Source of the DNA: Candidatus Komeilibacteria bacterium
GTDB lineage: Bacteria > Patescibacteriota > Patescibacteriia > UBA1558 > S5-K13
Assembly (NCBI GenBank): GCA_030591905.1
Contig: JAUVAE010000001.1
Coordinates: 1-35,321, forward strand
Direction of reading: 5' to 3'
Length of the DNA stretch: 35,321 nucleotides
A model generated the notes under the pieces. It was not told the origin of the DNA. It made no database searches and worked only from the letters and a program-made list of their open reading frames with translations. The position numbers and the translations under genes are program-made. This document shows, piece by piece, positions 28,720 to 35,321 of this stretch (positions within the stretch are counted from its first letter, which is position 1; every line of letters begins with the position of its first letter).

Positions 28720-30327
28720 TTAATACTGTTTTACAAAATTATATCCGATATATTCAAAGGCATCTTGATTAGAGATATCTTTATAAAATATTTTTTCATC
28801 AATATAGTGACTAATATATTGAAATTTATATTTTTCATAATTATAATCATCCGTCACTAATAACACGTTTTCAATTTCATTATCTATTGGAATATATGAT
28901 TGATATAAAAGCCTCATATCATCATTTTGGTATTTATAATATCTAGTTGGCCTAGATTTATCGTTAAAAATATAATACATGGAATACTCTGGGAGGTAGT
29001 AATTTAAATGCCTACCATTTTTAATAAAATTTGTTCTTTGTTTAATATAAGGACTATCTCCTTCAGTGATTATAATGGTATCTTCAGGATTGTATTGCTG
29101 AAGATTTTTTATTATTTGTTCGATGCGATAATCATTATTTTTTAAATTAGCAGCGCTGATGTTATAAGGAGAGACATTGATTAATATTTTTTTATTACTA
29201 ATTAAATTTTCCATATTGAATAAAAAACAAATAGTCTGGAATAAAATAACAATTGATATTATTAAATACTTATGTTTGATTGATTTAATCTTATAAATAG
29301 CTGCTATTCCTAATATTAAGATTAAAGGAGTTATGGTCATAATATATCCAGCTTTACCTAAATGAATTAATGAGTAAAATAAAAAAGAGGGCAAGAACCA
29401 AAACCAGAATATTGATTTAATTTTTTTATGAAATTTTAATTTGCCTTTAAGAAAAGAATAAATTATAAATATTGATAATATTCCACCAGAATAGAAAAAT
29501 AATTTTATAGTATTTCCAGTTTGTCTTAATGTGCTTTGGATTTTTGATAAAGAAATGAATGCTGTTGCTGTTGTTGATACAGAATATTGACCCTTGGTAA
29601 TCTCAAAAAATTCTTTTAAACCACCTGATAAATAAGCTGTAGGGATTAACCACGATAAAGTTGTTAAAATTAAGATTATTGTATTTGATAATATATTATA
29701 AAAATAATGTTTTTCTCTTTTTAAATAATAATAGGCTGTAAATATATAGAGCGGAGCAAAGAAAATAACTAAACTTTGTCTAAAGCCTATTCCGATTCCA
29801 AATAAAAAACTGAAAAGAGGAAATATTTTTTTATTTTCTTTTATTATTAAATAACTTAAATAAAAATAGATCAGAGCAAATAAAGCATCTATTATATATA
29901 TATTAACAAATTCGCCATGGAACCATATAAAAGGATTGGTTATAAAAATTATAGCTGATAATATTGATAATTTTTGGTCTTTAAATATTTTTAAAGCAAT
30001 ATTATAAAATAATATAGTAGCTATGATAGTAAAAATAATATTAATAATAATTAAGGAATAATTTGCGTTTCCAATAATATTATTCAAAAATTTTCCTGAA
30101 TAAACATAAAAAAAATAACCAGGGGGATGGGGCTGGTGATTGATAATACTAAAATTTTTCATCCCTAAGGCTAATTGAACAGAATCCCATTCAAACAAAT
30201 ACTTAGTAGCAAATAAAACTCTAGTAAATATAGTTGTAATTATTAATACTAAATAAGTTGCATATTTATTATTCTTATTTTTTTCAGAAAATAGATTTTT
30301 TGTATAATTTAAGCCTTTTTTTATCAT
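28720..30327 (-). CDS. Polytopic membrane glycosyltransferase, GT39/ArnT/PMT-like
   Basis: 535 aa with more than 10 TM helices. The N-terminal loop 'WDSVQLALGMKNFSIINHQPHPPGYFFYVY' is typical of PMT_2/DUF2723-type lipid-linked sugar transferases. A soluble domain of about 150 aa forms the C-terminus. Confidence 0.55.
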   Translation of the reverse strand: MIKKGLNYTKNLFSEKNKNNKYATYLVLIITTIFTRVLFATKYLFEWDSVQLALGMKNFSIINHQPHPPGYFFYVYSGKFLNNIIGNANYSLIIINIIFTIIATILFYNIALKIFKDQKLSILSAIIFITNPFIWFHGEFVNIYIIDALFALIYFYLSYLIIKENKKIFPLFSFLFGIGIGFRQSLVIFFAPLYIFTAYYYLKREKHYFYNILSNTIILILTTLSWLIPTAYLSGGLKEFFEITKGQYSVSTTATAFISLSKIQSTLRQTGNTIKLFFYSGGILSIFIIYSFLKGKLKFHKKIKSIFWFWFLPSFLFYSLIHLGKAGYIMTITPLILILGIAAIYKIKSIKHKYLIISIVILFQTICFLFNMENLISNKKILINVSPYNISAANLKNNDYRIEQIIKNLQQYNPEDTIIITEGDSPYIKQRTNFIKNGRHLNYYLPEYSMYYIFNDKSRPTRYYKYQNDDMRLLYQSYIPIDNEIENVLLVTDDYNYEKYKFQYISHYIDEKIFYKDISNQDAFEYIGYNFVKQY

Positions 30328-30345
30328 TTTTTTATTATTAATCTA

Positions 30346-31950
30346 TTGATTTTTTATTTAAAAGTCAGTAGTATAATGTTAGGATGTTTGAAAACATTAT
30401 ATCTATATTTTACACTTTTTACACTTTTTATGCTAATAAGGCTATTAAAATTTTTAAGAGTTTCTGAAAATTCATTAGGTAGAGTAGAACTAAGAATATA
30501 TGAAATGATACCTGGATTATTAATTTGGGTAACTTTTATTTTAGCAGTAGTTTTGTCAATATTCAAATCTTTGTGGGTAATTTATTTTGTAATAATTTTA
30601 GATGTTTATTGGGTTATTAGGATATGGTATTTATTTGTTTATTTAATAGTTTCTTGGCTTAGATATATTAAATCTACTAGGATTAATTGGCAAGCTAAAG
30701 TTCAGGAATTTCCTAATTGGCAGAATTATATTCATTTAATAACTCTGCCAACCTATAAAGAACCCTATGAGGTAGTTCGAGATACCTTTGATAAGTTATT
30801 GGAATCAGATTATCCAAAAGATAAGATGGTAATTGTTTTAGGCGGAGAAGAAAGAGATCAAGATAATTTTTTACAGATAGCTAATAGAATAAAATCAGAA
30901 TATGGCGATAGATTTCAGGATTTATTAATAACTATTCATCCCCAAGATTTGCCTGATGAAATTCCTGGAAAAGGTTCTAATATGTATCATATTGGGAAGA
31001 AAGCGGCCGAGTATTTTAAAGAGAGGGGAATTGATTATTCTCAGGTGATTATTTCTATGTTTGATATTGAAACTTGGCCAGACCCACATTATTTTAATGC
31101 TTTGACTTATTATTATTTATCTAGCGACAATCCAGAACATTTCTCTTATCAGCCTTTAGTTTTATTTAATAATAATATTTGGAAATCAAATATTTTAGTT
31201 AGAGTTGTGGCTAGCTCTACTACTTTCTGGTTATTAACTGATATGTCTAGATCAGAGAGATTATTTACATTTTCTTCCCATAGTATGAGTTTTAATACCT
31301 TAGTTAATGTTGGTTTTCATCCTAAAGGTGTTGTCACAGAGGATACTAGAATATTTTTACAGTGTTTGAATTATTTTGATGGTGATTATCAGGCTCAACC
31401 AATTTTTGTTCCAGTTTCAATGCAAACCGTAGATATTGGTAATTTATGGGCATCATTCAAAAATCAATATATTCAAATAAGAAGATGGGGTTGGGGAGTA
31501 GAACATTTTCCCTGGATGATGTTAAATTTAGTTAAAAATAAAAAAGTATCTTGGAAAAAGAAATTCAGATATCTTTGGAATCAAACGGAAGGAGTGTATA
31601 CTTGGGCAACTTTACCAATATTAATATTGTTTTTAGGTTATTTTCCTATTTGGGTTGCTGATGCGACCATTCATTATAATGTATTAATTCATAATACTCC
31701 TCAAATTTTAAAACAAATAATGAATTTTGGTTTGGCAGGTATTATGCTGATCTCTCTTTTGAATATAGGTTTTTTACCACCAAAACCCAAAGATGTATCC
31801 TGGATAAAATATCCTTTAATGATTTTGCAATGGGTCTTATTTCCAATTACTATGATTTTATTTGGTTCTATACCGTCCATAGAAGCCCAAACTAGATTAA
31901 TGTTAGGCGGAAAATTTAGATTAGGATTTCAAGTAACTAAAAAGAATTAG
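30346..31950 (+). CDS. Membrane-embedded family 2 glycosyltransferase (processive-type QxxRW)
   Basis: 534 aa with 'LPTYKEPYEVVRDTFDKLL', 'MFDIET' and 'QYIQIRRWGWG', flanked by TM helices. The real start may be ATG 30376 rather than TTG 30346. Confidence 0.6.
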   Translation: MIFYLKVSSIMLGCLKTLYLYFTLFTLFMLIRLLKFLRVSENSLGRVELRIYEMIPGLLIWVTFILAVVLSIFKSLWVIYFVIILDVYWVIRIWYLFVYLIVSWLRYIKSTRINWQAKVQEFPNWQNYIHLITLPTYKEPYEVVRDTFDKLLESDYPKDKMVIVLGGEERDQDNFLQIANRIKSEYGDRFQDLLITIHPQDLPDEIPGKGSNMYHIGKKAAEYFKERGIDYSQVIISMFDIETWPDPHYFNALTYYYLSSDNPEHFSYQPLVLFNNNIWKSNILVRVVASSTTFWLLTDMSRSERLFTFSSHSMSFNTLVNVGFHPKGVVTEDTRIFLQCLNYFDGDYQAQPIFVPVSMQTVDIGNLWASFKNQYIQIRRWGWGVEHFPWMMLNLVKNKKVSWKKKFRYLWNQTEGVYTWATLPILILFLGYFPIWVADATIHYNVLIHNTPQILKQIMNFGLAGIMLISLLNIGFLPPKPKDVSWIKYPLMILQWVLFPITMILFGSIPSIEAQTRLMLGGKFRLGFQVTKKN

Positions 31951-31964
31951 TTTATTTTAAAATT

Positions 31965-32534
31965 ATGGAAGAAATAGAAGTTAAGTTTCTGGATATTGAT
32001 TCGGATTCTTTAATTAAAAAATTAGAAGAGTCAGGTGCAAAGAAAATTTTTGAAAAACTTTATAAAAGGCGAGTTTTTGATTATCCAGATTGGAGACTAG
32101 ATAAAAACCATTCTTGGTTAAGATTAAGAGATGAAGGAGATCAGATTACCTTAGCTTTTAAGAAAAGAGTTAAGCCCGGACAAAAAGGAGAGAATGATCA
32201 AAGTATGCAAGAGAGTGAAATTACAGTTAGTGATTTTGAACAAACTACAGACATTTTATTAAATATTGGATTAATAGAGAAGTCTTATCAGGAAAATAAA
32301 AGAATTCGTTATATTTTAAACGATATTGAGTTTGATATTGATTCTTGGCCTCAGATTCCGACTTATTTAGAAATTGAAGCAGAATCTTGGGAAAAAATTG
32401 AAGAAGCTATTAAATCTTTAGGATTAAATTCAGAAGATAAAAAAATATTCTCCACCACTCAGGTTTATGAGAATTATAAAATGAATTTAAATGATTATCA
32501 GAAAGTTACTTTTCAGGAGATGGTTTTAAAGTAA
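31965..32534 (+). CDS. CYTH-domain protein (triphosphate tunnel metalloenzyme / class IV adenylate cyclase family)
   Basis: 189 aa with the N-terminal ExExK signature 'EIEVKFL', followed by 'RLRDEGDQITLAFKK' and 'YLEIEAE'. Confidence 0.7.
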   Translation: MEEIEVKFLDIDSDSLIKKLEESGAKKIFEKLYKRRVFDYPDWRLDKNHSWLRLRDEGDQITLAFKKRVKPGQKGENDQSMQESEITVSDFEQTTDILLNIGLIEKSYQENKRIRYILNDIEFDIDSWPQIPTYLEIEAESWEKIEEAIKSLGLNSEDKKIFSTTQVYENYKMNLNDYQKVTFQEMVLK

Positions 32535-32540
32535 ATTTAC

Positions 32541-32568
32541 TTTACAAATTTATTTATTGTATTAGAAT
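32541..32568 (+). promoter_or_regulatory. Candidate promoter TTTACA-16-TAGAAT, positioned to start transcription at the leader-ORF ATG
   Basis: TTTACA lies at 32541-32546 and TAGAAT at 32563-32568. The A of ATG 32575 is 7 nt past the -10, so the transcript would be leaderless. Confidence 0.5.
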
Positions 32569-32574
32569 AAAAGT

Positions 32575-32649
32575 ATGAGATATAGATTAACAAGTTTAAA
32601 TTGTTGCAATCTTCTCGAGGCAGTCTCGGGTGGATTATGTTGTTGTTGA
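32575..32649 (+). CDS. Candidate polycysteine leader peptide (24 codons: MRYRLTSLNCCNLLEAVSGGLCCC)
   Basis: I translated this by hand; it lies below the ORF-track cutoff. It has 5 Cys codons out of 24, arranged as CC (32602-32607) and a terminal CCC (32638-32646) followed by TGA. It sits between a promoter-like site and an intrinsic terminator, directly upstream of the cysteine synthase gene. Confidence 0.5.
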   Translation: MRYRLTSLNCCNLLEAVSGGLCCC

Positions 32650-32671
32650 TTTTATTTTCGTAATCTTTATA

Positions 32672-32704
32672 CTCTCGGGACCGCCGAGAGTTTTTTGTTT
32701 TTTT
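32672..32704 (+). terminator. Intrinsic terminator (attenuator) between the leader ORF and the cysteine synthase gene
   Basis: CTCTCGG (32672-32678) pairs with CCGAGAG (32684-32690) around loop GACCG. TTTTTTGTTTTTTT follows, ending at 32704, about 20 nt before ATG 32724. Confidence 0.8.
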
Positions 32705-32723
32705 AATTAATAAAAATAATTAT

Positions 32724-33605
32724 ATGATTTACAATAATATATTAGAATTAATTGGTCGAACACCAATTATCAAGTTAAGAAATAAGAATCCTCAAGTTAA
32801 TTTATATGCTAAATTTGAAGGCAATAATCCCGGTGGTTCAATTAAAGATAGGGCAGCTTTAAATATGATTAAGCAAGCTGAACAGAAGGGGTACTTGAAT
32901 AAGAATAAAATTATTCTAGAAGCTAGTAGCGGAAATATGGGTATTGCTTTGAGTATGATTGGAGCTTATAAAGGTTATAGAGTAAAAATAATTATGTCTA
33001 ATGGAACAAGTATAGAAAGAAGAAAAATTATTAAGAGTTTTGGTGCTGATTTAGTATTGACTGATTCTAGTTTAGGTACTAAAGGAGCTTTAAATTTTGC
33101 TTTAAATTTAGTTAAGAAATATCCTAACAAGTATTGGTTTGCAGATCAATTTAATAATCTAGATAATATGCAAGCTCATTATACTTTTACTGCTGAAGAA
33201 ATCTTAAAAGATTTAGAAAAGATTGATTATTTTGTAGCGGGTATTGGAACTGGGGGAACAATGGTAGGTATTGCTAAAAGGTTAAAAGAAAAAAATTCTT
33301 ATATGAAAGTTATTGGAATTTTACCACCTGCTGGCTATCAAATCCAAGGAATTCAAAATATTAAGAAAGATTTTTTTGGAAAAATTTATAATTCAAATTT
33401 AATTGATAATTTTTTGAAGGTTTCCAAAAAAGAAGCTTTTCAAATTGTGAGAGATGTTGCTAAGAGCGACGGATTATTTCTTGGAATGAGTTCAGGCGCA
33501 AATATTTTTGGAGCGTTTAAATTATCTAAAACAATAAAAAAAGGTAATATATTAACAATATTACCTGATAGAGGAGAAAAATATTTAAGTAGTGGATTAT
33601 TCTAA
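32724..33605 (+). CDS. cysK: Cysteine synthase family PLP enzyme (CysK/CysM-like)
   Basis: 293 aa with 'IGRTPIIKL', the PLP-lysine motif 'NPGGSIKDRAA', 'SSGNMGIALS' and 'GIGTGGTMVGI'. I cannot decide between CysK and CysM by eye. Confidence 0.8.
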   Translation: MIYNNILELIGRTPIIKLRNKNPQVNLYAKFEGNNPGGSIKDRAALNMIKQAEQKGYLNKNKIILEASSGNMGIALSMIGAYKGYRVKIIMSNGTSIERRKIIKSFGADLVLTDSSLGTKGALNFALNLVKKYPNKYWFADQFNNLDNMQAHYTFTAEEILKDLEKIDYFVAGIGTGGTMVGIAKRLKEKNSYMKVIGILPPAGYQIQGIQNIKKDFFGKIYNSNLIDNFLKVSKKEAFQIVRDVAKSDGLFLGMSSGANIFGAFKLSKTIKKGNILTILPDRGEKYLSSGLF

Positions 33606-34529
33606 AATAGTTCCAATAAAATCTTTATAGCCATTGATGAAAGAATTAATATCTATTTTTTGTTTTCCTTCAATTTGAACTATGAGGGGGCAGAGGAGTC
33701 CGTTTTTAGTTTGAATAGCTATTTTATCATCTTCTAAAAATACTTCAGCAGTTTGGTGTTCAGTATTTTTTTCTAGGAATTTAGCTTCAACTATCTTTAA
33801 TAATTTATTATTAAAATAAGTATAAGCCCCGGGCCAATTATAGAAAGCTTTGATTTTATTATTTATATTTTTAGCAGAATTATTCCAGTCAATTAGTCCG
33901 TCTTTTTTTTCTATCATCTGAGCATAAGTAGCTTGATTATTATCTTGAGGATGAGTTTGAATTTCGTTATTGATATATTTATCTAGATTATTTATTAATA
34001 GCTTATTTCCTAAAGAAAATAATTTATTATTTAAAGTTTTATGATCATCTTCAGGGCTAATTGTAATTTTTTTCTGAGCTATAATTGGCCCAGCATCCAT
34101 TTCTTTAGCTAATAACATAATACTTACTCCAGCTTCTTTGTCTCCATTTAGTAATGTTGTTTGCACAGGAGAAGGACCTCGGTATTTAGGTAAAAGAGAG
34201 GGATGAATATTAATAATTCCGAGTGGAAATGAATCTAAAATATCTTGAGGAATCATTGTTCCATAAGAGAGGAGAATGGCTAAATTAGCTTGAGTGTTTT
34301 TTAGAATTTCAATTGATTCTAGATCACTAAGCTTATCCTTTTCAATTATTTTAATATTAGATTGCTCAGCTATTTTTCTAACTGGATTTTGTTTTTTAAC
34401 TCGACCAGTTTTTTTACTAGTTTTAGTAATTATTAATTCAATATTATAATCAGCTTGAATCAGCTCAGTTAATAATTTAGCTGAGTTTTCATCAGAACCG
34501 AAAAAAACTATTTTATTTTTATTTTTCAT
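33597..34529 (-). CDS. fmt: Methionyl-tRNA formyltransferase
   Basis: It carries 'IVFFGSDENSA', 'GIINIHPSLLPKYRGPSPVQ' and 'MDAGPII'. I place the start at ATG 34529 (MKNKNKIVFFGS), not at 34631 as in the ORF track. It overlaps the def stop by 11 nt and the convergent cysK end by 9 nt. Confidence 0.9.
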   Translation of the reverse strand: MKNKNKIVFFGSDENSAKLLTELIQADYNIELIITKTSKKTGRVKKQNPVRKIAEQSNIKIIEKDKLSDLESIEILKNTQANLAILLSYGTMIPQDILDSFPLGIINIHPSLLPKYRGPSPVQTTLLNGDKEAGVSIMLLAKEMDAGPIIAQKKITISPEDDHKTLNNKLFSLGNKLLINNLDKYINNEIQTHPQDNNQATYAQMIEKKDGLIDWNNSAKNINNKIKAFYNWPGAYTYFNNKLLKIVEAKFLEKNTEHQTAEVFLEDDKIAIQTKNGLLCPLIVQIEGKQKIDINSFINGYKDFIGTILE

Positions 34530-35022
34530 CAGCTTGAGCCTGAGCTTGTAATTTTTTAAATTTATTTTTACCAGTAGTAAATTTTTTAATTTTATCTGTA
34601 AAAATAATACCATTAATATGATCCATTTCATGTTGAAAAACTGTAGCCATTAATTGTTTAGCTTTAAGTTTTTTCTTATTTCCATTCTGATCTTGATATT
34701 GTAAAATTATCTTTCTAGATCTAGATATATAACCAGTGATGTCTGGAAAGGAAAGACAACCTTCATCAAATTTTTGTTTTAATAAAGATTTACTTTTTAT
34801 CTGAGGATTAATAAAAGCTTGAGGACCTTGGTCAGTATTAACAACAATAAGTCTCATATTTAATCCTACTTGATTAGCCGCTAATCCAATACCATCATAT
34901 TTGATCATGGCTTTTTTCATTTCTTTAATAATTCTATTTAATTGGGAATCATTAAAATCCTTAACTTCGTTAAGTTTTGTTCTCAGTATTTTATTTGGAT
35001 ATGTTACAATATTTAATTTCAT
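34519..35022 (-). CDS. def: Peptide deformylase
   Basis: 167 aa with 'GIGLAANQVG', 'EGCLSFP' and 'HEMDH'. Confidence 0.92.
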   Translation of the reverse strand: MKLNIVTYPNKILRTKLNEVKDFNDSQLNRIIKEMKKAMIKYDGIGLAANQVGLNMRLIVVNTDQGPQAFINPQIKSKSLLKQKFDEGCLSFPDITGYISRSRKIILQYQDQNGNKKKLKAKQLMATVFQHEMDHINGIIFTDKIKKFTTGKNKFKKLQAQAQADEK

Positions 35023-35321
35023 AATTTAAAATAATTTTTATCTATAATATCTATTTTATTTAATATTTTTTTGAGTTTTTTTATATTTTCTTCACTTTCA
35101 TATTTTATCATTATATATTTTAAATAAAAAGAAAATGTTTTTTTAATCTGGGGTTCAATGATTGGCATTAGTTCAATATTATCTGAGACTATGTTTTCAA
35201 TTTCAGTATAAAGCTGATCAGTTTTTTGATCTAAGGTTTTTTGATCCTTATCTTTTACTGTAATTTTTAACATATTATAGAAGGGAGGATATTTAAAAAG
35301 TTTTCTAAATTCAAGTTCGTC
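35019..35321 (-). CDS. priA: 3' end of a larger gene, probably primosomal protein N' (PriA), truncated by the window edge
   Basis: The minus-strand frame stays open from 35273 up to the window edge (...DELEFRKLFKYPPFYNMLKITVKD...). 'E-x-x-F-R-K-x-x-x-YPPF' resembles the PriA C-terminal region. The priA-def-fmt order and the 4-nt overlap with def fit this call. Confidence 0.5.
   Translation of the reverse strand, partial: DELEFRKLFKYPPFYNMLKITVKDKDQKTLDQKTDQLYTEIENIVSDNIELMPIIEPQIKKTFSFYLKYIMIKYESEENIKKLKKILNKIDIIDKNYFKL

Noticed and set aside
33597-33605. 9-nt convergent overlap of the cysK and fmt 3' ends as a regulatory antisense arrangement.
   Set aside because: Short convergent overlaps are common in compact genomes. 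No additional structure was seen.
34530-34631. 34-codon N-terminal extension of fmt given by the ORF track (MKWIILMVLFLQIKLKNLLL...).
   Set aside because: The extension lies wholly inside the def coding region in another frame. The conserved Fmt N-terminus (KIVFFGS) begins right after Met 34529, which gives the usual def-fmt overlap.
1-35321. Alternative genetic code (UGA = Gly, as in some CPR lineages).
   Set aside because: TGA terminates well-conserved proteins at their expected ends, for example eno at 21804-21806 and the ORF ending at 11975-11977. No conserved gene needs read-through of TGA.

Overview
This is a 35.3-kb, strongly AT-rich (by eye about 70% A+T) bacterial chromosomal fragment using the standard genetic code (TAA, TAG and TGA all end long ORFs). 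I support 32 protein genes, one edge-truncated gene and one candidate 24-codon leader ORF. I saw no rRNA, tRNA or CRISPR array. The gene content and style suggest a CPR/Patescibacteria-like organism (inference only): a eukaryote-like type-2 IleRS, a lower-glycolysis block pgk-eno-gpmI, an acyl-CoA ligase + PlsC lipid-scavenging pair, IVS-type 'four-helix-bundle' genes, a DUF11-like surface protein, mostly SD-less starts and many 1-11 nt gene overlaps. Layout: ileS, recO, surface protein, tgt, rplY (0.4-8.5 kb); an accessory patch (8.5-12.8 kb) with two four-helix-bundle genes, an orphan 7TM module + asparaginase-like protein, an NDT-like/RHH-like protein and a DUF559 endonuclease; acyl-CoA ligase-plsC-HAD; an orphan sensor kinase; pgk-eno-gpmI plus a dead gpmI paralog; PAP2/uppP; a CAP-domain protein; manC-mltG; GT39-like and GT2 glycosyltransferases; CYTH; cysteine synthase; and fmt-def-priA' on the minus strand. 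The most unusual content is structural and non-coding. (1) A GC-rich REPIN/BIME-like hairpin-doublet family occurs at five loci, all in the first 12.7 kb. One copy has a perfect 9-bp target-site duplication, several copies abut start codons, and a 16-nt fragment of the family sits in frame inside ileS. (2) A second 'ATTGACCC...GGGTTGACA' hairpin family occurs both in frame inside essential genes (tgt, possibly ileS) and intergenically, where it supplies consensus -35 boxes. (3) Three gene cassettes (2x four-helix-bundle, 1x DUF559 flanked by the GC repeats) each sit inside long low-complexity inverted repeats of the rRNA-IVS type, and an 'empty' hairpin of the same type lies between two convergent genes. 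(4) A probably leaderless polycysteine leader ORF plus intrinsic terminator lies immediately upstream of the cysteine synthase gene. Several conserved enzymes have lost key residues: a TGT without any of its four zinc ligands, a domain-deleted iPGM paralog with no catalytic residues, and an asparaginase-fold protein without its Thr nucleophile.
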